Shown one piece after another: positions 23,301 through 35,500 of a DNA stretch of 37,687 nt; positions within the stretch are counted from its first letter, which is position 1; every line of letters starts with the position of its first letter. The notes beneath the pieces are model-generated. The model searched no databases. It worked only from the letters and a program-made list of their open reading frames with translations, and was not told the origin of the DNA. This DNA is from Spirogloea muscicola. Taxonomy: Eukaryota. Location of the stretch: the NCBI GenBank assembly GCA_009602725.1, contig WELB01000014.1:254127-291813 (forward strand), in the 5' to 3' direction. Both the position numbers and the translations under genes were made by a program.

Positions 23301-25857
23301 TCGGGTTTTGGGTTAAGGGTTTGGGGTTCGGGGTTCGGGGTTCGGGGTTCGGGCTTCGGGCTTCGGGCTTCGGGGTTNTGCTGACCTAAAGACAGGGATA
23401 CCCTGCCCTGGTATCTAAGATATGCTAAAAGTGCAGCTCCTTCTGCCGGCTCCATCTGCAAGTAGTCAAACAATTGAAGTATGAAGCTGTGAGGTTCTCA
23501 TCTAAATCAACAATCTATAAAAAGTAGATGAGCAGACACACACACATGTTACCTTTGGTTTGATTGGTCGGGCTGCAGGTAAGCATCTTGAGAGATTTTT
23601 AATAAGGGCCTGGCTGATATTCCAAGCTTGGGTGTCTTCTAACAAGCCTCCAACAAGGACCAGTGGATAAGGATCGCTATCATCTGCACTGACACAAAGA
23701 GATTGACATGACGGACCAATCACAATCTCAAGGATGCCTCAAGAGCAGATGATGATTAACGAGTCAATGACCAATCTTGATGATCATCGTTGTAGTCAAG
23801 CTGCATTGGTGGTCATAGGGAAATGCCAAGGAAGCGTCCTGTAGTCAGCACGAGTTTGCCTACAAGGTGAGCTAGCAGATGAAGGGCAGGCTGACCTGGA
23901 CCACCCAACTGCAGCGCTTTCTCCACAGCCGCAACACTTGCAATAAGCTCTTGCACTGCCTCATCCAGTATTCTCTGGGCCTCAAAATCTCCAGCTGCTG
24001 CTGCACTTCTCACAAGAGGTGACAGAGCCGCAACCCGCGCCCATGATTGATCTTCGTACACCCATCTAATCATAGCAGAAAGTGAGAAGGTTGGTCATGC
24101 TGTATCCAGCACACGAGCTTGGCACAAGCTGAAACTCTCGTGCTTACTTTCTCTTATTTGACTGGAGTTGAGCAAAGCAAGATGCTGGGTTTAAACTAAG
24201 CGATGGAGCACACTGCAAATAACACCCTGCACTGTGTCTAACTGGATGCAACAAGCAATCAATGACAAATCCTGCAGTGTGTCTATCTGGAAGCAACGAG
24301 TACCCAATGATGTCCGCAGGTGTAGATAGCTGCAAATGGCTGAGAATCAGCTGTGTCAGCATTGTCCTTGGACCTCGTCCATCGTGCTCCTTCATAACAG
24401 CGGTCAGCGCCTCAGAGGCAATTGCATAGCCACTGCATCAAGCCTCGACATGATGCACATCAGGAAGCTATCACATTTCTGAAATCATGAAATCAAGTAA
24501 GACGCATAGCTGCGAACTAGGTCCAAGGTTGTCTGTAAGGAAATTTTAGATATCCAGCCATCTGCCAGTCAGAAGCACAGCTCACGGTTTCCAGCTTCTG
24601 CTTGCAAGCTTCCAAGCAAACAGTAGCCGTCCTGTCATAATTGTACACAAGAGCATACCTGCCTCTGTCCCCAAGTAAGGGGCCCGCACCCGATGCTCGA
24701 GCATTCCGCCCATCCCTGCTGTAACCCACAGCTATGGTTCCAGTCCCGGCAATAAGCACACACCCATACAGACTGCCTCCCGTTCCACTGGCAAGGGCAG
24801 CTACTGCATCGTTCTGCACATGGATATCCACATTGGCTGGGAATATATTCCTGTGACCCAAGATCTGCTCGGGTGTTATTTGGGACGATATAACAGCATA
24901 GTCCCTATCACACTGGTAACAATGCTCATTGAAAACAATGCTACTGCTTTACCATGCATACATGCATGGATAGAAAAGTACATCACATCAGGCTAAGCAG
25001 ATGCTTTGGCTCAGAGAGCTTGCAACAGACTGGGGCTTACCTCTCACCTCATCCAGCCAATCACTCGGTCAATATCCGCAGGGCGGTCCACTCCAGCAAG
25101 GGCGAGGCACACCCCGCGCACAGCTGACTGAGGCAGACGGCCGTTGACTAATGCTGCCATCATCGCTGTCACCACGGCTGTGCGAGCAGCTTCCTCTGTT
25201 TCCAACAACAGCAGGCCGTCAGCTCGATAGCTCAACTCACTGAGTGTGAATGCTGACCTATCATTGCCAGAGCTAAAGGACACCATGCACAAGCCGCCTC
25301 TCCGGCTTGCAGATGGGCAAGAGCAGCCTCTTGCTCTGCGCCGTGCTCAGGCACCACAGCCCCTTCCAACTGATAGCAGTCTTACTGATGCTGCGTCTGT
25401 GCAGGGCCACTTGCAGCCAATTCGATAAGGTGACGGGCGGAAGGCAATTCAGGAAGCTTTGCGCGGTGAGAAGCGCCGAAGCACCTCGTCGTGACAGCAG
25501 CTGGGCGAGCGCAATGGAACAAGCTTGCTGATTGTCCATCAATGCCAATCAGTAAGGCCTGCATGCAGTGCCTGTACCTCCGACGCTGTTCGCATTGGAG
25601 CCGGAGGCTACTCCGCGGCCCGCCACGCGGGGTCCACCGTCCGGCGGCGCGGCCAGCCCCGCGGCGCGGCCGACGCGGAGGGCCACGCAGGTGGTGCTCG
25701 TGCCGCCACCATCGACTCCCAGCACCACGCCGCCTTCATAGTCATCACAGCTGCCGCCGTCGCCGCCGCCGCCGCCGCCGCCACTGTCTCTGCCGATGCC
25801 AAGGCCACGGAGTGCAGGGGGAACCGCCCCTGGGGCACCGCCGCGTTCTTCGGCCAT
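23273..25857 (-). CDS. NAGK: N-acetylglucosamine kinase (BadF/BadG/BcrA/BcrD ATPase family), 7 exons
   Basis: Exons 25857-25578, 25195-25048, 24850-24659, 24432-24304, 24065-23896, 23683-23553, 23455-(23273), all GT-AG and phase-consistent. Motifs: LGVDGGGTST, LAGVD, NDAVAAL, IAGTG, LGDRGSGY, LVGG, EPAEGAALLA. The 3' end crosses the N at 23378, so the stop is unreliable. Confidence 0.9.
23300..23377 (+). repeat. Degenerate interstitial telomere-like 7-mer array
   Basis: Units TTTTGGG, TTAAGGG, TTTGGGG, TTCGGGG and TTCGGGC, abutting N at 23378. Confidence 0.75.
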
Positions 25858-26057
25858 GCGCCGCCGCCGGCGCCGGCGCCGCCGCAGGCACCGCCGACTG
25901 CGGCGCTGGCCTAGCGTTGCAGGCGCTGGGCTGGGGCGCTCCGCCTTGTCTTCCAGAAAGCAAATATAGTGGCTATTGATCTTATGAATCCCAGTCTGCT
26001 GTCTGCCGAGTGGGGCACAAAACAGAATAGCCAGGGGACCCACTTTCAGGACCCTAG

Positions 26058-26300
26058 CCTCCCAATGGGGGCAAGGGCTGCGAAAAGCCAGCCCAAAAGA
26101 ATTGACAAAGGTTCGAAGGGGCCTCTCTGATTTGCGGCTGCTTAGCAGGGGTTACTGAGTGATTTGCAGCTGCTTTCTTTCTATGTGTGCTGTGTTTTCT
26201 TAGCGCTTCCTCTGGCCCCCTTCTCGTGCTTTGTTCAAAAAATATTGTTTTTTGGGCTGGCTTTTCCAGCCCCTATCCTCAATGGGCGAGCCCTTCTTCT
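26058..26300. mobile_element. Two retrotransposon 3' fragments in opposite orientation inside the NAGK-icd intergenic region
   Basis: Minus-strand UTR at 26058-26123, then plus-strand tctctgatttgcggctgcttagcaggggttactga (SDLRLLSRGY*) and UTR. Confidence 0.65.
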
Positions 26301-26581
26301 TGTTACCCGAAGCAACCAGGACCAACGAGCTGCTCATCCGCCGCTTCGCTTCGGCCCCATCCAGATCTGCGCATGCGACATTTCCTTTCCGCCCCCGCCT
26401 AGAATCTGCGCTCTGTCCGCTTCCGTTCCTCCCTCGTCGCGGACGTAAGCAGCTCGCCAGACTGCGAGCTGCGCGCGGCGAGTGCAGCTCCCGAGCCCGC
26501 GCGCGCCGCCATGGCGGCCTGCGGCGCGGCGCGCGCCTGACGGGGGCCGTCTTCTTGGCGGCCACTCCGCGTGCCGATCGC

Positions 26582-29500
26582 ATGGCCGCGGCCATGCAGC
26601 GCGCGCTGCGCTCCCTGTCGCTCACCTCCGGCGCCCCGTCGCTGGCCCGCGGAGCGCCCCCGCGCCCGAGCCACGCCGCCGCATGGCCTTCCTACGCGTC
26701 CACGCCCGGGCCGGGCGTCAGGATACAGGCCAGCTCCGTCAAAGACCCCGCTGCTCTCTCTCTCTCGTTCGCCGCTGCTCGACCTGCTGGAGCCTGGCGC
26801 CTCCTCCTGCTCACTCGTCGGTCCTATGCTCCTCCGGTCACTGATTGAGCTCACAACAAAGTACTCAATGCGAGCACTGGAAGTGTTGCTCTCTTCCGTG
26901 GCTCCTGTTAGTCGCAATTGAGCCGCTTTGGAGATGTTCAGGCCTTCCTAGCTGTCTAACACCATATCCAATGGCAATCTGTTGCAACGAGCTTACAGTG
27001 GATTAGCTGTGCTGACGGGCAAGCGGACCGTGGCTGTGCCAGCAGCCTGCGCGCGCCGCTCATACCATCTCGGTGGACCCAGGAGGCAGCTTGGAAGTTC
27101 CAGATGATCCGATCATCCCTTACATTGAGGGTGATGGAACTGGTCCAGACATCTGGAGAGCGGCCCAGAATGTCTTCGACTCTGCAGTCGCAAAAGCATA
27201 TAGTGGGAAGAGGTGCGAGCCGAACACTATTTGGGATACAGTCTATACTTTATATCTCGCACTGCCATGACAGCTCGGTAAGGATGACGCATGGAGCTTC
27301 CAACTCATATGACATGGGCACGATTGAAGCAAAGCTGAAGTAGTGCGTAGTGTGAAGGACACGGCAAGCTTTTGTCAACTCCACAGGCAAATAGCATGGA
27401 AGGAGGTCCTCGCTGGTGAAAAGGCCTTCGTGCAGACCGGCGAGTGGCTACCCCAAGAGACTATCGAGGCTTTTAAGAAGTACCTCGTAGGCATCAAGGT
27501 CAGAGATTGCAGCACTTATTCAACTTACCAGTGGCTCGTGCAGTGAAGCCCAAGTGCTCACTTTGAAGCCATACTGGAGCCTCGTGTGACCTTCGATGCT
27601 GTACAGTTGTGGAAAGTGACTATAGAGAACTGATTCCATAGGCATGTACACCCTTGCAGTGCTTACCAATACTGACAGTAAACTTGGTGGAGTGGCTTTG
27701 CTCCAGGGTCCACTGACAACGCCAGTCGGTGGTGGTATACGATCTCTCAACGTTGCTCTTCGGCAAGAACTTGATCTGTATGTCTGTCTGCGGCCAGTGC
27801 GGTGGTTTGAAGTGAGTAACTGCTCAACACGACTGTAACTTTGATGCATGGTGCTCCACAAGCCTACAAAATTCAATTGAGAAGCTGTTGCTGCATTGCA
27901 AGTGCCAACATTTATTGGCAGCAAGACTGCTGGACAACTCTGTGTAGCTCTGCACGTCTTATACAGCAAAAGCGCCATTTGCTTGTCCTTCTAGGTATGG
28001 CCTTTGCACCTGATGATAAGACGCTTGCTTGGTTACAGTCATTTAGTGGGTCTTTCTTGGCACTCCTGTACTGTCTGTCCAAGTCAGGTCTTACAAGCAG
28101 TTGTGTTTGTAGGCTAATGGACGAGTCTAAGACAGTAGACATACTTGCACAACAGGGGGTTCCATCACCGGTGAAGCGGCCTGACTTGGTGGAGGTGGTC
28201 ATCTTCCGAGAGAACACTGAAGACATATATGCTGGCATTGAGTTCAAGGCAGGCACAGCCGAAGCGCAGAAGTTCAGGAGTTTCCTGAAGGACGAATTTC
28301 CTGACATGTACAAGAAGGTATCTTTGTGGAACATACTGAATGCGGACTCAAGACTGCATACAGAGCAGCCTGTGTGATGAGAAGCTCTTGCTAGTGAATA
28401 CTGCTGCTTGTATTGATATACACACGCTAGCCTGTTCATCTCAATGGCAGATAAGGTTTCCAGAGACCTCAGCTTTTGGTGTGAAGCCAGTCTCAGAGCA
28501 AGGTTCAAAACGACTTGTAAGAGCTGCTATCAAGTTTGCTCTGGCCAAAGGACGGAAGAGCGTGACCCTTGTACATAAAGTGAGAAGCTGGCTCTTGCAC
28601 AAGTCCCCTACCTGATTTCAGCATGGCACCAGCATGGCACCTAGCAAGCACTGAAGTGTACATGGGTCCTGACGATCTACGCATTGCTAGCTTCTCTCTC
28701 CTATCTATTGTTGACCATGAACACAAAGTGTTGACTCGGCTTGTCTGGTCTCTTGGTCCTTACTTTCGACGATGGCGCTGCAGGGTAACATCATGAAATA
28801 CACAGAGGGAGCATTTCGAGACTGGGGCTATGAGCTGGCAAGAGATGAATTTCGGGATCAGGTCATTACGGAGAGAGAGAGTTACATTTTGGAGAACAAA
28901 GATGGCAACCCTGACATCTCCACAGAGGTACACATCCGTACAGTGCATGCAACCAAAGCTGCCTATCCCTTGCACTCAGTCCCGCAGGCTCGGAGGCCAC
29001 TTCATAGAGGCTTGCATGCAATGCTTGCAAACGTGGGGCTGTCAATAATCGGTTACAGAGTACTGTGTCTTTGGCCCTTGCAAGAAGGGGCATGGCTTGC
29101 TCTGCAAAGCAGCTCTGAGGTTGACAATCCATAGTTGAAACGACAAATGTGAACAGGACAATGCGAAAATCCTGGAGCCAGGATACAGGTTGATGGGGCC
29201 ACAAAGGAAGGAGAGCCTGTTGAATGAGGTGGAGAGCGTGTTAAAGGACTTACATCCTACGCACGGCGATGGCAAATGGAAGAAGAAGGTCCTGATACGT
29301 GATGCAATTGCTGACATTTCACTACAGCAGGTACTTTGAATTGCTGTCTTGCAAGTACGGCAGGCGGGCATGCACCAGTCTCTGGTGCATGCTATCTAAG
29401 GAAGGGATCCTATCTGTTGAGTGGGGTCGTCAGTATCTTTTCAGACAAGCTTGCACAGTCTCTTGTTGCAGTTCCTCCGACTCAGACTGGACCATTGACA

Positions 29501-30227
29501 GGTCCTGACACGTCCGACCACATTCGATGTCATTGCCACGTTGAATTTGAATGGGGACTACCTTAGTGACGCGCTTGCTGCCCAGGTCAGTGTATGGACA
29601 ATAAAGCATCCACATGCATGCAAGCAGTTCCTTGATCAGTGTCGCGTGTTGCAGAATGAGCCCATATTTGTAAGAAGCACTTCTGTTGACTATTGATGCG
29701 ATGCTTGGACAGGTTGGTGGCATTGGGATTGCTCCAGGTGGTAATATCAACTATGAGACCGGCCATGCCATATTCGAGGCCACTCATGGCACGGCGCCCA
29801 AGTATGCTGATCAGGTAAGCTCAAGAACAGACAGGACTTTCTTGATATGATGCACACATTTTTCTATCTTGTTCTGGTAAAAGTCATGGGGCTTTGGCGT
29901 GTCATACATTCTCGCATGCACTTGCAAGTATGTCCGTTGTTCTCAAGGTGGTCCACTTACGAGGAGATTGAGTTGCTGAATCTGCAGGATAAGGTCAACC
30001 CGGGCTCTGTCATTCTCTCAGGGGAACTGTTGCTGCGGCACATTGGTTGGGAGGAGGCAGCTGACCTTATCATCGACGGCATGAATCGTACCATTGCCAA
30101 CAAGACAGTCACATACGACTTCCATCGGCAGATGGATGGCAAACCTACGCTGCTCAAGTGCTCCGAGTTCGGGCAGGCCATTGTGGACAATATGCAGGTC
30201 CCTGTGGCCGCGACATCTCGACTGTAA
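26582..30227 (+). CDS. icd: Bacterial-type (E. coli Icd-like) NADP-dependent isocitrate dehydrogenase, 11 exons, ~520 aa
   Basis: Exons 26582-~26716/26728 (donor ambiguous), ~27043-27212, 27387-27498, 27707-27811, 28156-28317, 28451-28579, 28784-28927, 29157-29330, 29502-29585, 29713-29814, 29988-30227. Motifs: [77 protein letters not shown]. Confidence 0.93.
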
Positions 30228-30287
30228 TCTGGATCCAGTGTCCCCTGTGGCCGCGACATCTCAATAGCAATTTGGATCCAGTGTCCC
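30200..30287 (+). repeat. 43-bp tandem duplication spanning the icd stop codon
   Basis: ccctgtggccgcgacatctc...tggatccagtgtccc at 30200 and 30243. Confidence 0.85.
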
Positions 30288-30893
30288 AGTCTGTGAAATC
30301 AGCTGAATTTTGTTGGGATGCGGGCAGTTTTGCAGTCACCAAGCGATCGAGGCCAGCACTTTTGAAGGTCAATGGCCTTGCGCTTAGCCTGTAGTCTCCC
30401 GGCAACGCATGTTGTATAACCAGACAATATCAGCTAGATATTGCCACTTGCAGCAATGTCTGAAAAGGCTCAGCCAATGCCGCGATCTGAAAGGGGCGGA
30501 TTTTCCTCTACCACAAGGGAGTTCACAAATGCAGGACCCACTCGCTCTACCCGAGAGCCTGCACAAGCAAAATTGTATAGCTGTTCCGCCATGGAGAGAG
30601 TTCCTAGCCAGCGGCTCCCTGCGCGCGGTCATGGACAGATCCTGCAAAGCCGACTACTGGTGAACTCACTCGGCCTATTTCCAAGGAGCTGCAGTGCCGC
30701 ATGCTGGACCAAGACCACCAGATTGACAGACCACTGATCGAGGATGCTTACCATTATCAGCTGACAAGGATGTGATGCACGCCGCTAAGTCCAGTGCCGC
30801 TTCTCCCATGACTGGTTCAGCTGACACGCCTGGGCTTGACCTTAGTGCCGGCGCCGGATCGGCGCTGGCAGCGGCGGCGGCGGGAGCTGGCGC

Positions 30894-31227
30894 TCAGGCT
30901 GGCGCGTCGGGCTTCTGGTACGTGTTCTCGGCCATCCAGTCCTGGACGCGGCGGCGCAGCATGTCCGCCGCCGCGGGCTGCACGAGCAGGTGCGTGTCGT
31001 CGAGGCGCGCCAGCAGGAAGTTGTGGGCGGCGTCCAGCTTCGCGTCCAGGCTCACGATGAACTGCGCCATAGGGACGTCGCTGCGCACCCAATTCCGCCG
31101 CCGTTGCCGCCGGGCCGGAGGACCCTTGCACCTGATGAGAACGAGGGACCCACAAGCGAGAGCCACTGAGTGACGAACGCGCGGGCGCTCACCACTCGAC
31201 CAGGAGGCCCTTGGTGGCGTCCACCAT
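30894..31227 (-). CDS. TFB5: TFIIH subunit 5 (TFB5/GTF2H5), 73 aa, 2 exons
   Basis: Exons 31227-31193 and 31080-30894 give MVDATKGLLVECDVPMAQFIVSLD...FLLARLDDTHLLVQP...ENTYQKP. Confidence 0.9.
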
Positions 31228-31432
31228 GGCCCGCCGCCGCCGCCGCCGCCGCGGCGAGGGCCACAGGCGGGTCCGCCCGAGTTGTGGACCTTTGTTTCTG
31301 TTGCCAACACCTTCTTATACTGACTATTGGGTACTTGATTCGGGTGGAAAGGCTCTGGCCGGCGGAAAGGCCTGAAAGGGCATGGAGGGCCAGATGGACG
31401 GCAGATCCCCCGCCCCCACCANGCCACCGCCG

Positions 31433-31463
<31 letters not shown>

Positions 31464-31491
31464 AGGCGCCGCTGCCGCCGCCGCAGGCGCC

Positions 31492-31683
31492 ATGACTCGG
31501 GGCAACCAGCGGGAGACGGATCGGAAGCGCGCGGAGGCGCGCAACGCCGCCAACAAGAAGTCGGACGACGGCATGACGCCCTTGCAGCGCAAGGAGCGGG
31601 ACGCCAAGGCGCTGCAGGAGAAGCTGGCCAAGAAGGCCGCGGGCGGCGGCGGGGACGACGCCGCCGGGTCCAGCAAGAAGTGA
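31492..31683 (+). CDS. SERF: Small EDRK-rich factor (SERF/4F5 family)
   Basis: MTRGNQRETDRKRA...DGMTPLQRKERDAKALQEK signature. Intronless. Confidence 0.88.
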   Translation: MTRGNQRETDRKRAEARNAANKKSDDGMTPLQRKERDAKALQEKLAKKAAGGGGDDAAGSSKK

Positions 31684-32534
31684 CGCCGGCCCCCGGCGCG
31701 GCCAGCGCAGCGGCTGGGGCTGGCCGTCGGCCGCCCGCAGCCAAGCCTCTGCGCAGCTATGGCTGCGCCACGCCACCTGCAAAGCAACTTCGCATCCCCG
31801 TGTTCTCTCGGCGATCGTTTGCCCCAGATCGCCCGTGACTCCAGTTGGCTATCTGTATGAGTGGTATGAGTGGTAGGACCGCGTTACGGCCATGGCACCC
31901 ATCGTGTGCCAGGCGAGCCCGCTGCTGGTCTTGCCTGAGTTTTGTTGACTGAGAATTTTTGCCACGATTGAGAAGCAATTGCTGCACACGGCACTGTCTG
32001 CCTTGCACAACTCGCCCGGCGCAACACGCAGCCCCCTTGTGTCACCTTCACTGGATTGGCAAGCAAGCTGCAGAAAGGTGTTGCGCTTGAGATCTGCTTG
32101 ATGCACATTCACTACACCTTGATGCAAGCCATGGCTGAGGCTGCAATCTGAGCCACAAGTTACATGTGGGTGCTCCATCTGACATGCCTGGTGCTGCTCC
32201 AGTGGGACACTGACCACAGTGCCAATCAAGTGGGCGCTTGCTTGTGAATGTCTCACAGTTGCACACTGTGAGACATGCCAAGTACACTCGCAAGGCTGGA
32301 AGCACAGATCCCAGGAAGAACTTGTATGCAACGAAAATGCTATCGTCACCAATGTTTCCAAACTGACAATCTAAATCCTACCAGCCATAAGCGTGCAGTG
32401 GAGTTACAATACACTGGAAAAAAGCATGCACCGCAAGTCGGGCACTTGATCTCACAACTAAGAGATTCAATGCCAGCGCAATGAGAGGCAAGAATCTTGA
32501 CCCACAACTTTTACAAGCGAAGGGCGGGCAGCAA

Positions 32535-35500
32535 TCAATCATGACGAGCAGTGAGCCCTGGCAAAGCTGTGCTGCCAGCCAAGGCATCGGCAATAGTCAA
32601 TGCAGCTACAGCCTTGCGCATGGCAGCGTCGGATACTGTATAAAGAGCACAAGCTCTGGCTCTCAAGTCCACGGCCCTCCGCCTCGCATTCCTCGCCACC
32701 ATGGCTAGCATTCCAGGCCCGCCAGCGAGGTCTGTCCCCCTGTAGACCTTGGCCTTCTTCTGCTGCCTTGCTGGGCCAGACACGCCAGCCAGCAACGGCA
32801 CTAGCTCCGCCTTCCCTTCTGCTGTAAACGCAGGAGACTGCAATACAGGCTTGGCTTCTGCAGGCCAAGCTCCAAAGCTCGAGGTCTTTGATGGAGGAGC
32901 AACTCCATCTCCAACAGCATGGCAGTTGTCAACTGGAGAAGCTGCAACTGGCAAGGAGGGAGGGTCGCCACTGGCGAACTGAACCTCAAGCAACGAGGCA
33001 GATGCCACACCCTCCTCTTTTGACTCCACACCAGACGAGCGGCACCTGCCTTCCACATCCATGGAAGCCATGGCACACTTTAGCTCCTCAGGCAGAGCAG
33101 AAATGTTGAGGGACTCTGCACAAGCCACAAAGAGCCAACGTGTCAGCTACTGCAGATACAACTTGTTGATCCTTGTCTTGGATACAAGAAAGACAATGAA
33201 GTGGGCTATACCCTGCACAATCCCTATATACTGCACAAACTTGCACTTCAAGATCACTTTGGCACTACATGATAGAAGCATGGCCAGCTGTGATAACATG
33301 CATGCTGACCTTGAAGGCTTTCCACCTTCCTCTTCCGCAGTAATTGCTTCTTCCCTGGACTGCTCCCAGCAGGGCTGCAGATAGAGTCCTTGAAACCACG
33401 TGCTCGAGGGGAAGGCAAGGCGTACGCTCCAGAGGACCTTGCCTCTGCACTTCTGCCAGCTTCTGAAGCCTGGCGATCAGGCTGCCTCTTGTGAGAGCGC
33501 TGCCTGTGCAGCCTGCTTGAGTCCAGCCCCCGAGGTCGCAGGCAGAATGCAAAGAGTGGCGGCCGCTGCGGCTTCCCTGGTGAATGAGGAACTTCCTTGA
33601 AAGGAAGCCTGGTCGAGTCTGCTGCTTTTGAAACCTTGGGTGTGGTGGAGGCATTGCCAACACGAGGCAGTTCCGCATGCGATCCTTCCGTGTCCACCTT
33701 GGCCTGCCACTCCTGCAACTTCCACTGGTACTGCACCCATGGCGGAGGCTGCACACACAAGAATGACCGTGAAGTTGCTGCATAAGTCAATGCCGTGGAT
33801 TCCCAAGTATCAAGGGCAAGGACAATGTACCATGCAAATTATGTATCACTATGAATGGCTGGAAACCTGGCTGAGGCGCATGTACGTGCTTGCTTTGTCA
33901 ATATATAAACAAATCTCCAGCAACAATTCACAAGCAAACCATTATTCAGGAACTAGTGCATGGCAAATATCAGCTGACCAGCAATGATCCAACTTGACCA
34001 GCAGAAGACTGGAAATGAAGGCACAGGTTAGGAAACCTGAAAGTAGCGGACAAGCGGAAGATCCTTCGCCTGCCGTCTCTCCAGCCAACGGCCATGCAGC
34101 AGCGCCACCACCTTTGGAGTGGCAACTCCCTCACAGAGATCCACAGCAGCTTCCAAGCCAACAGGCTCTTGCAACGAGTAAGAGGCCTTCTCTAACTGAT
34201 CAAAGACAAGCTCGTACTCATCCTCGGCAATCTTGTTCTGCAGCCTCGAGCCTCGTGGACCCATAGCCCTCTTCTGATTGACAGCAGCCAGCCATTCCTC
34301 GTCATCGCTGTCCATATCATACACAATCCGTGTGCTAGACAGTGCCGACTCTGACTCGGATTGGCCACCTCGTATGTATCTTCCAGCAGGCCGGGAGAAT
34401 CTTGGTCCGTGGTGCAGCTGCGCATAATCCAACACCTCCTTGACACCTGGTATCGGTATCTGTCGCAGCGCTGCAGCTTGCAGATTACGCCGGTAGCAAT
34501 CATCGTGATAGTCCTTGAATTTGAGCCAGGCCTTGCGGTCCTCAAACTCCAGACTCCAGGCTTTGTCACTGCGCCAGACTATTCTGTTACTACATCGGTT
34601 TGTGCTTGAGGTGCTTCCCAGCTGCTCACTCTTATACGTGAACATGACTCCCCCTCGAACAACCACAGCCAAGTACCACGCCCTCTTGGGATCGCAGCGC
34701 AGCTCAACTGCTGCATGCCTCTCTCGCCAGCCCCGATCAGATTGGATGACAAGAACATTTGCCCTGCAGACGTCTGATTCTGGGCTTGAGGACCTCTTCT
34801 CACCAAGCTGCGGTGTGTCGGAGGGCTCGGCCTCTCCTCCAACCACAGGGCTAGGCTGTTTCAAGGCTCCCCGAAGTCGTGGCCTCAACGAAGTGTTTGC
34901 TGCTCCCGGTCTTGGAGACGGACTTACGTTGTGCATGGAACTCAGGGCTTGAGGTGTAGCCACCTTCCCCAACCAGAGGTCAGCACCCTGTGGGAGTATG
35001 TCCACTGCCGAGAGGGACTGGGACGGAAGGTTCAGAGCAGGAGCCCTTGCCTGGGCATCTGGCAACCGCTTGGTCTCTGCTGCAAGTGCCGTGACGACCT
35101 TGGGACTCGCCTGCTGCGGAGAGGGTAGCTGCTCCGCGACTTGCCAGACGGCTTTGTTGGCAGGGCAGCGCTTCAACTTCAAAAGGCCGACCCTGGGAGC
35201 CTGCTCGCCTGGCGCCACCTCGTCTGAGCACAGCGTACTTACTTCACATGCTGGCGCTACATGGACCTTGGGCACAGCACCAGCACTGATCTTCTCTTTC
35301 TTCGCCCTGTCCATCTGGTGCCTCCCTTTCCAAGCCTTGACAGGTGGTGCATGCGGCGTGGCTCCATTCTGCTTGCTGTCCAGATGTTGCTCTGCACTCG
35401 CCTCACCACGCTCAGCCTCGGTTGAGCACTCCTTCCCTGCTTTCACAGCTGTACTCACAGAGACCTCGGCAACCTCTGCTGCTGCTGCAGCCCTCGCGGC

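Noticed and set aside
23273..23378. Telomere-repeat-encoded NAGK C-terminus (NPEARSPKPEP...)
   Set aside because: Crosses an N, probably a scaffold join, so it cannot be trusted.
11600..30227. Bacterial contamination as the source of pstS and icd
   Set aside because: Both have phase-consistent spliceosomal introns and eukaryotic targeting signals, and lie among eukaryotic repeats or genes.
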